Shown here in pieces: positions 43,226 through 53,459 of a stretch of 64,000 nt of DNA. The notes beneath the pieces are model-generated. The model did no database searches and was not told the origin of the DNA. It worked only from the letters and a program-made list of their open reading frames with translations. The DNA is from a virus (taxonomy: Duplodnaviria > Caudoviricetes). Numbering within the stretch: position 1 is the stretch's first letter; each line of letters starts with the position of its first letter. The translations under genes and the position numbers were made by a program. Where the stretch lies: IMG/VR virus record IMGVR_UViG_640069307_000003, positions 1 through 64,000 of that record. One strand, 5' to 3'.

Positions 43226-43635
43226 GTTGCGTCCTTTGATCGTTGGTGAGCATCAATAAGAGAAAAGGCGACGACCAAAAGGGCGTTCCAGAGCGAGTAC
43301 GCAGCCATCCACGGTGATTTGACGGATAGGGCCGCGATGAAAATCTGACAGACGTAGCAGAAGGCGAGGCCGGAGAATCCGAAGTGCCGATGTGTGCGCG
43401 CTGCTTCGATGCGAAAGCGGAACAGGCCGGTGTCGTTGATGAGTACGTCGGCGATGCCAACTAGCCCGCACGCGAGCATCATCCAGAGAATCAGTGCGCC
43501 GCCATCGGTGCGCATGAGGAGCGCAGACATTGACCGCTCCTCGAAATACGCGATAAACCACATCATCACGGCAACGCCGCACACATACAGACGGAATACG
43601 GCACTTGCCAGACACACTTGCGGTCGATTCGTCAT
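43204..43635 (-). CDS. Putative holin/antiholin partner (membrane protein)
   Basis: About 4 TM segments; first gene of the lysis cassette. Confidence 0.6.
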   Translation of the reverse strand: MTNRPQVCLASAVFRLYVCGVAVMMWFIAYFEERSMSALLMRTDGGALILWMMLACGLVGIADVLINDTGLFRFRIEAARTHRHFGFSGLAFCYVCQIFIAALSVKSPWMAAYSLWNALLVVAFSLIDAHQRSKDATCLQACN

Positions 43636-43672
43636 TTCCGCGCCCTACAGTCAAAAACTTGGGTGGAAGCGG

Positions 43673-43840
43673 CTACATGCGCCGCTTTGTTAAGACGTTC
43701 CCAAGATTGCCGAGAGTGCGAATGATGTTGTCGAGCCGGTCACAGATCGCGAGGTACAGCTTGTTCTTTGCCTCGCGCGATTTTTTCCAGTCCTGATAAG
43801 CCTTGCTTTCGAAAATCGTTCTGATATCCGACTGCCGCAT
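43673..43840 (-). CDS. Small morphogenesis-associated protein (start uncertain)
   Basis: FESKAYQDWKKSRE motif; the frame stays open upstream across the end of the previous gene. Confidence 0.5.
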   Translation of the reverse strand: MRQSDIRTIFESKAYQDWKKSREAKNKLYLAICDRLDNIIRTLGNLGNVLTKRRM

Positions 43841-43898
43841 CTGTAGCGCCTTGTGGAAGTCGATACCAAAGTTTAAGAACAGACTCGCGGCCGTCTCG

Positions 43899-44657
43899 TT
43901 ATGATTTTCCAGTGAGCGAGAGCGCCAGCTCAGAGAGGCAGGCAAGAACGAGAAATCGCGCGGGCGACAGTGGATCGCCCGCCTCCTTTGGCAATACGAT
44001 GATGCCCTCACCATCGAACCAGACCCGGAAAAACTGCATCGCCTGCGCCTGCGCATCGCGATACTTCGCGAACAGTTCCGACGTGACCGAGCCGGGCAGC
44101 GCGCGCATGACGGCGTGGCGCGTGCGCAGCCAATCGATGTACTCGGTCGGGTTTGCTACTGCATCGGGCGCGGTTTCGCCCGGCCGCTTCAGTTGCGCTG
44201 CGAGCAGGCCCATGAGCCAGAAGCTATGTCCGTTCAGATCGCTTTCTAGTTGCAGCGTTTCGAGCGCTTCGGCCTCCGCTCCGATCAGCGGATGAACCGT
44301 CCATTGATCGCCGCACGCATCAAACGTAGGCAGCGCGCCGGGCAGGTCGCGCGACATATCGAGGTAGTCGAACAGCTTGCCAGCCTCCGTCACGGCGTAA
44401 TTCGGGCCGTCGCTCGCGGTGTGCGTCGTGTAGTGCGCGAGCACGAGCAGGCGCTCCGATACCGTCCACGCGCGCGGGTCCGCGATGTGTTTCGGCGAAG
44501 GCGTACTCGCCGCTTTGATTGCGCACTGCAGGAATGCCGTAAGCGCCTTTTCGTGCGCCTTGTCGGGCAGGTAGCACAGCGCGATTTCATCGCCAATGCC
44601 CAATTCATGTAGCGTCACATCGAGGCGGCGCGTGCTCAGTGGTGAAAACACGATCAT
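43899..44657 (-). CDS. Putative tail/baseplate assembly protein (P1-like)
   Basis: Within the structural operon; ATGA-coupled. Confidence 0.55.
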   Translation of the reverse strand: MIVFSPLSTRRLDVTLHELGIGDEIALCYLPDKAHEKALTAFLQCAIKAASTPSPKHIADPRAWTVSERLLVLAHYTTHTASDGPNYAVTEAGKLFDYLDMSRDLPGALPTFDACGDQWTVHPLIGAEAEALETLQLESDLNGHSFWLMGLLAAQLKRPGETAPDAVANPTEYIDWLRTRHAVMRALPGSVTSELFAKYRDAQAQAMQFFRVWFDGEGIIVLPKEAGDPLSPARFLVLACLSELALSLTGKS

Positions 44658-45538
44658 GCGTAGATCCTTTGAATGTCTCGACGGTCGATAGCCGTCAACG
44701 TGGCGAGCGTCACGTTCACGCTGCATGAAATCATCACGCCGTCCACGTCGCGCGGCCCGGTAATGGGATCAGAAACAGATTCGATGACAAGCGGCTCATA
44801 GGTCATGTCGCCGTAGCGCATGCCGATGATTTGCGGGGCCATCGACGGGAAAATGGTTTGCACGATGCCGTCTTTCGAGCCGTTTTTGATCGCGTTCGCC
44901 AACACTCCATCGGCGGCGAGGTATTGCGGCACGGCCCATTGCTTGAGCATCGAGATGGGCGCCTTGACCTCTGTAACGGGGTCAATCAGCGCACGAAAAT
45001 GCAGCATCATCGACAGCTTGACGGGCGGCATACCCTGAAAAACTTGCGTCGAGTTCAGCTTGGTAATGCCGACACGGCCCTCCGCCGAGGCGAGCGCTGC
45101 GCTTGCCGAATCCGTGGCGGAAGTCGCACCGGTCTGCTCGCCAATGGCCTGCACGGCAGGCGACAGTGAGCCGGATTGCAGCATGGACGAAACCGTTGGC
45201 GCTTTCGATTCCGCACCCGCGCCCTCGAACGGCGAATGCCAATTCAGCGACATTTCGCTTTGCCCGTCCGTGATCGGGCACCAGACCTCGTAGCCGTCAT
45301 CGACTGTGAAATTGTCCGCGGCGGAAAGCTGCCTAACGTCATTGCTTTGCGTCCAGCCGTCGGACGTGCGTTTGAGTGGATAGAACTTCGCGAGCAGGTT
45401 TGGATTGAGGCCGGTCCAGTCGGATTTCAGCACGCGCGTCGTCAAGAGCCGTTGCACACTCTGCGCGGCACGGTCGAGAGAAAACGAGCTACCCACCGAA
45501 CTAGGCAGCGTGGAGGCAATGGAGTCGAAAATCGACAT
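44654..45538 (-). CDS. Putative baseplate / tail-tube-initiator-type protein
   Basis: Tube-like beta motifs (LSMMLHFRA...PLVIESVS); located after the sheath cluster. Confidence 0.55.
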   Translation of the reverse strand: MSIFDSIASTLPSSVGSSFSLDRAAQSVQRLLTTRVLKSDWTGLNPNLLAKFYPLKRTSDGWTQSNDVRQLSAADNFTVDDGYEVWCPITDGQSEMSLNWHSPFEGAGAESKAPTVSSMLQSGSLSPAVQAIGEQTGATSATDSASAALASAEGRVGITKLNSTQVFQGMPPVKLSMMLHFRALIDPVTEVKAPISMLKQWAVPQYLAADGVLANAIKNGSKDGIVQTIFPSMAPQIIGMRYGDMTYEPLVIESVSDPITGPRDVDGVMISCSVNVTLATLTAIDRRDIQRIYA

Positions 45539-45615
45539 AGCGGCGGCAGGGAAGGGGTAGGAGCCGATGCGCGCCCGCGGGCCTTGGCGAGGCCGCGGGC
45601 GCGGGCGCGAGCCTA

Positions 45616-46323
45616 TTACAGGCCCGCGCGCTTGCGGATGCGCAGCGACTTCATGCGCCGCATCATGGCCGCAGCCGAATGTGACTTGCGGATCATTTTG
45701 CGCACCGCGACTTTTTGTTTCGCCGACAGGCGGACCGCGCCGGAAATCCGCTTGTTGATGCGGACTTTCTTACCGGCGCGCACGACGACCTTTTTCCGGT
45801 AGACGGCATCGGTGATGAGTTCGCCAGCCGAATCGAATACGGATTGCTCCGCGTCGGTATCGAATGCGAACGCATCGAGGTCGTCGAGCGCGGCGTCATC
45901 GTCGCCCGATACGCCCGAGTCGGCGAGCAAGTCGCGCACGCGAGCGGCGGCGTCTGCGTCCCAGTCGTTGAGCAGCGCGTTGCAATCCTCGTCCGATACG
46001 CCCTTGTCCAGCAGGTAATCCCACATGGATTCGAGCAGCGCGTCGGCGGCGGCCTGCTCATCGTCGGAGAGTTCGCCATCCTTGTCTGAGTCGATGATGC
46101 CCACCACGAGCATCAGCAGGCGGTCGGCCAGCGATTCGCCGTCGGCGAGGTCATCGGTCGACGTACCTGCGAACTCTTGCAGGATCGAGGCTGCTTTCAT
46201 GCGGATATCAGCCGAAGCGTAATCGGCCGCCGCGCTGCCTTCTTCCTCGTCGGCCGCACTATCGAGCACGACTTCCGGCTTGCGCGTGAGCAGCGTGCGC
46301 ATCTTGTGCTTGTAGTCGATCAT
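45616..46323 (-). CDS. Acidic structural protein with basic tail (P1 gp21-like position)
   Basis: Follows the sheath as in P1 order 23-22-21; GGAGGG RBS. Confidence 0.55.
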   Translation of the reverse strand: MIDYKHKMRTLLTRKPEVVLDSAADEEEGSAAADYASADIRMKAASILQEFAGTSTDDLADGESLADRLLMLVVGIIDSDKDGELSDDEQAAADALLESMWDYLLDKGVSDEDCNALLNDWDADAAARVRDLLADSGVSGDDDAALDDLDAFAFDTDAEQSVFDSAGELITDAVYRKKVVVRAGKKVRINKRISGAVRLSAKQKVAVRKMIRKSHSAAAMMRRMKSLRIRKRAGL

Positions 46324-46339
46324 GTTGCGTTTCCCTCCC

Positions 46340-47959
46340 TTATTGCGACAGGGTTTGTTGAACGTAGGTCGCACGGTTCACGCCGTCATAGTGCGTGCCG
46401 TAATTCACGTCCATGCGGTCGGCCGGGCGTTGCGCATTGCGCGTGACCGTGAAGGTCCAGCCCGCATCGCCCAACACCGGATCGTTCGAGGCAACGAGCC
46501 AGTTCGATGCGCGCATGGCGGTGAGCGTGAACTTCAGGAACGCCGTCATGCGCTTGATGGCAATGTCCATCGGCAGTTGCAGGCATTCCTTGCCGTACTT
46601 CACGACCATGTCATCGAGGCTCGCCGACATTTCTGCAACAGAAATCAGCTTGCGGTACGAGGTCGTAACCTGCGCAGCCGTGAGCGAGTCCACGAACACG
46701 TACTTGCTGCCGCCCGTATAGCGTTCGAGAATGACCGGGTTGATCTTCGCGAGCGCGAGGTCGCTCTTTTGAACGTCGCTCGGCGTGTACAGTTGCACGA
46801 CACCGGTACGGTTGATCGGCCAGTCCTTACCCGCAATCGGGTAGTTCTTCGGAGCGAGGCCGTACGAGTTCGTCTGCGCATTGCGCGCGCAGCGCTGACC
46901 GGCTTGGAAGCCGCCGAGGCCAATGATGGCCTTGCCGCCATTGACTGGGTCATTCGTATTGAGCGGTGCCCAGTAGATGCTGACGTAGTGCGTATCGAGG
47001 CCCAGTTGCGACACGAACGTTTGAGCCGCGTCCGGCGTAAGGCTGCCCGGCACGTCGAGCACGAAATGCCGGTTTGCACGCACGCACAACGCCGCCAGCT
47101 TCGAGAGCAGGGCGACAGCCTGCGAGCCGCCGCTAATCAGGTAGCCGAAATCGAGCGTGCCGTTTTCGAGCTTCGAGATAGCCGCGTCGTAATCGGTCGA
47201 TGCATACGCGGTGCCGCCTTCCGAGAACAGCACGAGGTTGCTCGATGCAACGAATTTGTCGGTGCCGTCGGTATTGCGGCCGTAGCAGTCGGCATTAGTT
47301 GCGACAGCCGCGGTAGCGGAGACGGAAACCGTAATCAGGTCCGTCAGTTCGGCAAACTTCGATCCGATGAAATAGTCGTTGCCGTATTCATCGACTGCGG
47401 TTTGATCGAGTGAGCCTGTCACTTCGTAGCGCACGTTGCCGTTCGGCTCTTTCACGCGAATCGTGACGATTTTCGACGGGGCCGGTGCGCCCGCACTCGT
47501 CGCTTTCTTCGCGTTGACTTCGAGCAGCACGCCATCGTTAAAGCATTCGAGGTCGTCGAGGTAGAGCAGGTAGTTTGCCGTCGGCGCAGTGGGGGACACG
47601 CTGAAGGTGCTTGCACCGCTCACGTCGTCGATCTTGAGCACGGCAAAGGAGCGCGCAGCAGCAGCGGGTGCGAGGCGTTGCACGACCGCCGACACTGCGC
47701 CGTTATTCACGGCCTCGTACAGTTGGACGTATGCCTCGTTGAGCGCCGACACGCGTAGCGATTCAGGCGCGCCGAGCTTGGACTTGAGCGTGCCGCGGTC
47801 CACGACAAACGGCGCGTCGATGCGCCCGCGCTTGAACCGGCCAACGATACCGACGACCTGATCGCCATTGCCAGCGGAAAAGCCGTCGGTGTTGTCCTTC
47901 AGCGGATTGAGTTGAACGCCCGACTGCGCCCCGAGACTACGGGTATGCGAATAGAACAT
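46340..47959 (-). CDS. Contractile tail sheath protein (P1 gp22-like)
   Basis: 539 aa; sheath-type C-terminus (INPVI...YVFVDSLT); follows the capsid gene. Confidence 0.8.
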   Translation of the reverse strand: MFYSHTRSLGAQSGVQLNPLKDNTDGFSAGNGDQVVGIVGRFKRGRIDAPFVVDRGTLKSKLGAPESLRVSALNEAYVQLYEAVNNGAVSAVVQRLAPAAAARSFAVLKIDDVSGASTFSVSPTAPTANYLLYLDDLECFNDGVLLEVNAKKATSAGAPAPSKIVTIRVKEPNGNVRYEVTGSLDQTAVDEYGNDYFIGSKFAELTDLITVSVSATAAVATNADCYGRNTDGTDKFVASSNLVLFSEGGTAYASTDYDAAISKLENGTLDFGYLISGGSQAVALLSKLAALCVRANRHFVLDVPGSLTPDAAQTFVSQLGLDTHYVSIYWAPLNTNDPVNGGKAIIGLGGFQAGQRCARNAQTNSYGLAPKNYPIAGKDWPINRTGVVQLYTPSDVQKSDLALAKINPVILERYTGGSKYVFVDSLTAAQVTTSYRKLISVAEMSASLDDMVVKYGKECLQLPMDIAIKRMTAFLKFTLTAMRASNWLVASNDPVLGDAGWTFTVTRNAQRPADRMDVNYGTHYDGVNRATYVQQTLSQ

Positions 47960-47986
47960 GAATTTTCCTCTTGTCCCGTTGTGGGA

Positions 47987-48274
47987 TTAGTCCGCATCCA
48001 CAATGCGCAGCGGCTTGACTTCCGCATCCTTGTAGCTGTCGTTCAGGAACAGCAGGTGCGCGATGTCCGTTTCGTGCCGCGCCAGTTCGTCCTCGTTGGC
48101 GACCGTGACCGGCTTGCTTTCTCCCGGTGCGACGTGCGTGCGCGCGACGACATACGGCATGGCCGTTTCGTTCACGAGCGTCATCTCGCGCGGGAAGGCG
48201 GGCTTCGCCGTGGCGGCCTTTTTCGAGGGCGCAGCCTTCGCGGTTGCCTTGGTTTCTTCGTTCGGAGTTTCCAC
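47987..48274 (-). CDS. Small head-associated protein (putative)
   Basis: AAAGGA RBS; between capsid and sheath. Confidence 0.5.
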   Translation of the reverse strand: METPNEETKATAKAAPSKKAATAKPAFPREMTLVNETAMPYVVARTHVAPGESKPVTVANEDELARHETDIAHLLFLNDSYKDAEVKPLRIVDAD

Positions 48275-48362
48275 AGTGATCCTTTCGGGTGATCTTTGAG
48301 AAGCGGCGGCATGGCGTGGTGCCTATGCCGCCGCGAGACTCACGGCGCGGGGCCGTGCGCGC

Positions 48363-49994
48363 TTACTTCAGGTTGATCGCTTGGATCAGCGCGCAACCGG
48401 CTGCCGACATGGCGTGCGGGTTCAGGTTCGTGAAGCTGCGGGCGTTGAAGCCATAGCCCTGCTTCAGGTCCGTAGCCATACCGAGCGGCTCGAAAATCGG
48501 CGCGCTGGCGTCGCCGAAAATGATCGGGCAGCGCGCCGTTTGCGACGAGCGGCCCACGCACAGGATTTCAGCCGAGGAGCCGTCGGCGGCTTCGTTCAGG
48601 CCCTTCGGCGTGTAGTACACGTCGTACTGGCCGAACAGGCGGCCGATGCGGTAGATACCCGCGCGGTCGGTCAGGCCCGACGGCTGGAACAGGTCGCTCG
48701 GCATCGAGCGGAACTGCGCCATCACGGCCTTGGTGACGTACAGGTGCGTCACGCCATGATCGGCGGTCTGCTCTGCCATCTTTTGCGATACGACGCCCAG
48801 CACCGCTTGGAAGTCCTGCCAGATTTGCGCACGGGTCTTTTGCAGGATCTGCTCGGCGTACTGGAAGTCGTATTGCGCGGTGTTGTTGAAGCGGCCAACC
48901 ATCTTCGCCTTGTTGATGGCGTTGTAGTGGCGCTCCATCGCGTACTGGTTGCGGACGACCATCATCGCTTCAGCCGACGGGTCAACGCCAACTTCGTTCG
49001 CGAACTGCGAGCGGGTTTCCGGCGTGCTCTGGAACACGGCGCGGTACGGTGCGGCGAACATCTGATAGACCATCGCCTGCACCGCCATCTTCGGCGTGAC
49101 GCTCGGCTCGATTTCGAAGTCGACGAACGCTTCGCAGTTGACGACAGTGCCGGCGGGGAAGGGTGTATCCGGCGTAATCGACACTTCGCCGGTTGCGGGC
49201 TTGACCGTGCCCGTCAGGTTGTAGGTCGTGCCAGCGAGCACGATGGAGCCGACGATCGGCACGCTTGCGGCCGTGCTCGGACCGTTGGAGATTTCGACCG
49301 CGGCGATTTGTCCGTTGACGTACACGATCGAGCGGCCGCGCAGCAGGTTCAGCGCAGCACCAGCGCCTTTCTGTGCCTGAAACGTGAACTTGTAGGCGGC
49401 GGTGTCGTTCGGGGCCGACAGTTCAAGCGTGCGAGCCGCGCCGAGGTACGAGCCGCCCGAGGCGATGCCGTCCATCAGGTCGCCTTGGGTGTAATCCCCC
49501 CAGTTCGAACCGGCTTGGTGCGACACGATGATGAGTCGCGCCTCGTTCGAGCCGCGGTCAGCAGGCAGATAGCCTGCGAACGGGCACGCTTCAGCCATCG
49601 AGCCGAGGATAGCGACGACCGGCGCATTCGGCACGAGCGAAATTTGATCGTGGTGGCTGTTGTTTGCCGAGTCGTACAGGCTGTATGCCTGATCGACAGC
49701 GGACAGCAGCAGGTCGCCCGACGGTGCGAAGCCATGTTCCGTCTGGTAGTCGCGTGCGCCGTCGAACAGCGCCTGCACGATGGCCGGTTCGTCTTTTTCC
49801 GACGCCTTGCCGAGCAGTTCGTCGAGCACGCGCGGCGTCGCGCCCGATTCGCTCTTGATCGACTCGAATGCAGCGCTCGCGGCCGATGCCGAATCGAGCA
49901 CCATGCCGTTGGTGTGGGCGGCAGCTGCGCTGCGCACGAACCGTTCGAGTTCGTGCTGATGTTCCACGGTGTACTTCGAGGGAGTTCCGCTCAT
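48363..49994 (-). CDS. Major capsid protein (P1 gp23-like)
   Basis: 543 aa with VLDSA prohead-type leader; T4-like capsid C-terminus (YDVY...ILCVG); late promoter upstream. Confidence 0.8.
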   Translation of the reverse strand: MSGTPSKYTVEHQHELERFVRSAAAAHTNGMVLDSASAASAAFESIKSESGATPRVLDELLGKASEKDEPAIVQALFDGARDYQTEHGFAPSGDLLLSAVDQAYSLYDSANNSHHDQISLVPNAPVVAILGSMAEACPFAGYLPADRGSNEARLIIVSHQAGSNWGDYTQGDLMDGIASGGSYLGAARTLELSAPNDTAAYKFTFQAQKGAGAALNLLRGRSIVYVNGQIAAVEISNGPSTAASVPIVGSIVLAGTTYNLTGTVKPATGEVSITPDTPFPAGTVVNCEAFVDFEIEPSVTPKMAVQAMVYQMFAAPYRAVFQSTPETRSQFANEVGVDPSAEAMMVVRNQYAMERHYNAINKAKMVGRFNNTAQYDFQYAEQILQKTRAQIWQDFQAVLGVVSQKMAEQTADHGVTHLYVTKAVMAQFRSMPSDLFQPSGLTDRAGIYRIGRLFGQYDVYYTPKGLNEAADGSSAEILCVGRSSQTARCPIIFGDASAPIFEPLGMATDLKQGYGFNARSFTNLNPHAMSAAGCALIQAINLK

Positions 49995-50065
49995 TGGTTC
50001 ACGTACCTAATAAAGAGGGTTATCAAACAAGAGCACGGAACTCCGTGCCTTTACTTTGAGATTTC

Positions 50066-50107
50066 ATTGTCGAGGGCGAATTTCGGGGGTCTCGCTTTCC
50101 CTTTTCC
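50066..50107 (-). promoter_or_regulatory. Putative late promoter (GGAAAA-N30-GACAAT) of the capsid/sheath operon
   Basis: Motif shared with four other sites. Confidence 0.7.
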
Positions 50108-50116
50108 TAACGGAGT

Positions 50117-50599
50117 TCAGGCAGCGAGCGCCTTCAATTCGTCGCGTCTCATAGTGGCTTCGGAGATTGCTTCGTCGATGGCGGCGATCTTGTCGCGCAG
50201 CACCTGTTCGAGCTTGGGCGCAGCCGTGCGGATACCGGGCGGAAGCGCGACCTTGGCTTTGGCGAGCGCTGCCTGAAACTTGCTGCGGCCCTTGACCATG
50301 AGGGCGGATAGCTCCTCGATAGCCGCGCCGTGGTCGTCGGGGTTCTTCAGCGGGACCGCTTTGCCGTTGAGCTTGACTTGCGCCACGTCGCCGGTAGCGT
50401 TGACGCCGAAGCGGATCGTCTGGCTATCAGCAAAGCCGAATTGCACTTCGCGATACTCGACGCCAAGCGTCTTTTTCGTCTTGGCGTCCACGTCCACAGA
50501 GGTCACTTGCGCGCCCGCGCGCGCGAAAGCGCGCTTGGCCGCCGCAATGGCCTTGTCTTTGTGGGAGAGGTTGTAAATGTCGAAAATCAGGTTTTTCAT
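50117..50599 (-). CDS. hdf: Hdf / DarA N-terminal-domain protein
   Basis: GDVAQVKLNGKAVPLKNPDDH..AI.E...GRSKFQ..LAK motif of the P1 DarA_N family, as recalled. Confidence 0.7.
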   Translation of the reverse strand: MKNLIFDIYNLSHKDKAIAAAKRAFARAGAQVTSVDVDAKTKKTLGVEYREVQFGFADSQTIRFGVNATGDVAQVKLNGKAVPLKNPDDHGAAIEELSALMVKGRSKFQAALAKAKVALPPGIRTAAPKLEQVLRDKIAAIDEAISEATMRRDELKALAA

Positions 50600-50607
50600 A
50601 GAATTCC

Positions 50608-51237
50608 TTATGCTTGCGATCTTGTTGTCGGCGCGTTCGATCCTTGCGCGGTGTGGTGGTGGCCCTGCACGCTGATGTTTCCGGACTTCACGTCGTTGGT
50701 GAAATTCGCGCCGCCCGTCACGCTCATATCGCCGGTCACAGTCATGGCCGCACCGCCGCCCGCGCCGCCCTTGCCGGTCATGCCGCCGTTGAACGTGAGC
50801 AGCTTTTCAACCGTCATCGTTCCGGTAACGTGCGTCTGATCGGCCTCTATTTCGAGGAGCGGCGTCTTGATATGGACCTGCGAGGCGGCGATGACCTCGA
50901 ACATTCCGCCGTCAGCGCTAAACTGAAAGTTTCCGTGCTCAAATCTGCGCCAGTCAGTTCCGTTTTCCTGATTCTTCGGCCGGTAGCCCATGATTACGGG
51001 ATAGCGCGGATCGCCGCCGTTGAACGCAATCCATACCCGGTCATCGACCTTGATACGGATTTCGGTGTGCTCGCTCTTGTCGCCGACTGGGTTGCAGAAT
51101 TCGGCCTCCGGCAATTCGGCCGCGCCGTCGGTGAGGCCGGGAATGCGCACGCGCGCAATGCGCCGCTCGCGGTCGATGCTCGCGACTTCGGCTGGCATGA
51201 GGGCAAGCAGCACGCCGCCCAAGTTGAAAGCATTCAT
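50608..51237 (-). CDS. Baseplate spike (gpV/gp5-like)
   Basis: N-terminal OB fold (RVRIP...DRVWIAFNGGDPRYPVIMG), beta-helix repeats, C-terminal HHH metal motif. Confidence 0.85.
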   Translation of the reverse strand: MNAFNLGGVLLALMPAEVASIDRERRIARVRIPGLTDGAAELPEAEFCNPVGDKSEHTEIRIKVDDRVWIAFNGGDPRYPVIMGYRPKNQENGTDWRRFEHGNFQFSADGGMFEVIAASQVHIKTPLLEIEADQTHVTGTMTVEKLLTFNGGMTGKGGAGGGAAMTVTGDMSVTGGANFTNDVKSGNISVQGHHHTAQGSNAPTTRSQA

Positions 51238-52109
51238 TGGGTCGGACTCCCTAGCCAAAGGCGCGTGTACTGCTCAGTGCCGCCGCCGTCGGTGCCGTTC
51301 TGCATGTGGTGCGCCGCGGTCATGACGACCAATGGCGTGCCGCTAATGTTTGCCACGTCGCCCGCGCGCACGGCCGGGTTTGCCTTGGTCGTGATGACCT
51401 TGCGCCGCACGAGAACGCGGCCCATGAAGTTGAGCGAGCGCGCATCCTTGCGCGGGCTGAATGCAACCGACTGCGTATCGTTGCGGCGCGCCCCCGACAG
51501 AAATTTGCCGTTCGGCCCGACCGACACATAGACGGGAACCTCGTCTGATTCGAGGAAGTCGCTTTTAACGTCCTCTGCGCCGTCAATATCGAGTTTGTCG
51601 ATAGGCGTTTGCGCCATGAGGTCGCGCAGGTTCATCGCTTGTAGCTTGGCTTTCCGCCACATGACGACGGCGGACTCCTCCTGAAGCACGCGCGCAATGC
51701 CGAACGTCGGCACGTTGCCAACGAAACACGCATACCGGGAGATTGCGAAGTCGCCCACGAGCGGCGCACTCGCGCCGCACGCGCGATAGATACCGGAAAG
51801 GCTCGCGTTCTGGAAAATCACGGCCGTCCGGCGCGGCCTCGCGACCTCGACGACACTATCGGGGAACGCAGTGATGTGGACGGCACTCAGCGGCTCCTTT
51901 CCCTGCACGGCGACGTTGCGCGTCGGCACGGCCTTGACGATGCGAAACGGAATCTCGTTGACCTTGATAACGCTGCCGTCGCGATAGTCGGCGGCCGTCT
52001 GCTGTGTGAGGCGAATGTTCGCTTCGAACGTCAGCGGGATCGGCGCGAGGTCATAGCGCAGGTCCGCAGAAATGATGAGGTCGCCGCGCAGGCCGTTGAC
52101 ATCGAACAC
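51234..52109 (-). CDS. Baseplate hub protein (gpD/gp27-like)
   Basis: Directly upstream of the spike; LRGDLI.SA.LR.DLAP motif. Confidence 0.65.
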   Translation of the reverse strand: MFDVNGLRGDLIISADLRYDLAPIPLTFEANIRLTQQTAADYRDGSVIKVNEIPFRIVKAVPTRNVAVQGKEPLSAVHITAFPDSVVEVARPRRTAVIFQNASLSGIYRACGASAPLVGDFAISRYACFVGNVPTFGIARVLQEESAVVMWRKAKLQAMNLRDLMAQTPIDKLDIDGAEDVKSDFLESDEVPVYVSVGPNGKFLSGARRNDTQSVAFSPRKDARSLNFMGRVLVRRKVITTKANPAVRAGDVANISGTPLVVMTAAHHMQNGTDGGGTEQYTRLWLGSPTQ

Positions 52110-52364
52110 TTACGCAGCGCCCCCATGCGCGAGGCCGCGGGCATACCAGTGCGCTCCGACGGAATCGGCCTCGCCGCCGCAATGCGTGCAGCGGTGGCGC
52201 GAGAACAGCTTGCCCGGCTCAACCGGCTCGAACGCATGGCGCGCGCACGATTCGAGGCGGGAGCGGTTGGCTTCCGCCTTTGCGTGGATCGCAGTTACGT
52301 CCTCTTTCGTGAGGCCCGTTACATGCGTAAGCAGGTCGATACCGTTCGGTGTCTTTTGCGTCAT
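52110..52364 (-). CDS. Small zinc-binding protein inserted in the tail operon
   Basis: SCARHAF...HRCTHCGG; start MTQKTPNG. Confidence 0.55.
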   Translation of the reverse strand: MTQKTPNGIDLLTHVTGLTKEDVTAIHAKAEANRSRLESCARHAFEPVEPGKLFSRHRCTHCGGEADSVGAHWYARGLAHGGAA

Positions 52365-52366
52365 AG

Positions 52367-52882
52367 CTAGATGGTCTGTGCGTCCTGTTCGAACGCAAGG
52401 CGGGGCAGGTCTTGCGTTTCGTACTGGCGAATGTCCTGCTCGATCTGCGACACATCGCGTCCGTACACGTCTACGCCAAGCCCGCGCGATGCTTCGAGCG
52501 CGCGCGCGTTCTCCCGCTCGATGTAGAGCATGTAAAGCGGCTTGATGAGCGCCCATTCGCTGTTGGTTATGTCGGTGTCGGCGGACAGCCCTTCAGGAAC
52601 GGGCGGCGGGTCCGTATCGGTCGCGGGCGGCGTGTAGGGCGGATGCGTGCCATCGACGACGGATATGTACTGCCCGCCATAGATGCCGCCGTACCATCCC
52701 AAAAGCGGGTCGTACAGCACTTGTGGTGGCGGATCGTCAGGCTCGACCGGCTCCATGCTCGCGACGGCTCCCCATCCGAGATAGAAGCGCGTCGCGTTGA
52801 TGGCTTGCTTGGTTTGTTCGGCCTCGTCGATGACAAGGCCGAACGCCCACGAGCAAGACGCCGCAAGTTCTTGAAGCGTCAC
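52367..52882 (-). CDS. Putative head-tail connector (P1 PmgC-like)
   Basis: Next to the tail tube gene; EWALIKPL..LY.ERE.A..LEASR..G. Confidence 0.55.
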   Translation of the reverse strand: MTLQELAASCSWAFGLVIDEAEQTKQAINATRFYLGWGAVASMEPVEPDDPPPQVLYDPLLGWYGGIYGGQYISVVDGTHPPYTPPATDTDPPPVPEGLSADTDITNSEWALIKPLYMLYIERENARALEASRGLGVDVYGRDVSQIEQDIRQYETQDLPRLAFEQDAQTI

Positions 52883-52890
52883 GGTGCGCC

Positions 52891-53382
52891 TTACGGGGTG
52901 TTACCGGCTTCGTGATCGCCGAAGTAGTGGAAGAACAGCGTGCCGCTGATCGTCGTCACTTGCGAGCGGTTTTCCCAGTCGCGGTCCGGGTTGTCGAGTT
53001 GCAGGAAGCAATCGACGATGTTGCAGGCACGCTGGTACTTGTCCATCGTGCCCTCGTACACCTTCGCATTGAAGCGCCCGCCCGATGCGATGATCTTTTC
53101 GAGGAACGCTTGCATGTCGCCCCTGCGCGTCTCGTAGAACTGCATCTGGCCTTGCTGCGCGATCTTGACCTGCTGCGGCTGGAACTGCGTCATGCCGAGC
53201 GGGCCAGCGATTTCGATTTCGCCCGCCGAGGTCAGGGTGGGCCACGGGAATTGCTTGGTCAGAAGCCGCAAATCCTCGAACCCTTCGATGACGAATTGCG
53301 CATCGCTCGATACGCTCTTGTCGCCAAGGGACTTGATCTGGTTGTAATGCTGCTGGAGATAAGCGCCGGTCGATACGGTCAT
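52891..53382 (-). CDS. tub: Tail tube protein (P1 Tub-like)
   Basis: 163 aa; LLTKQFPWP...GEIE..GPLG; own late promoter. Confidence 0.75.
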   Translation of the reverse strand: MTVSTGAYLQQHYNQIKSLGDKSVSSDAQFVIEGFEDLRLLTKQFPWPTLTSAGEIEIAGPLGMTQFQPQQVKIAQQGQMQFYETRRGDMQAFLEKIIASGGRFNAKVYEGTMDKYQRACNIVDCFLQLDNPDRDWENRSQVTTISGTLFFHYFGDHEAGNTP

Positions 53383-53418
53383 TGGTTCACCTTAGAGTCT
53401 GGATTTACTACCCAATGC

Positions 53419-53459
53419 ACTCTAATGGCCGTTTTTTTTCGTCCGCGTTGACCTTTTCC
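53419..53459 (-). promoter_or_regulatory. Putative late promoter (GGAAAA-N29-TAGAGT)
   Basis: TTAGGAAAAGG box as at the capsid promoter. Confidence 0.6.
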
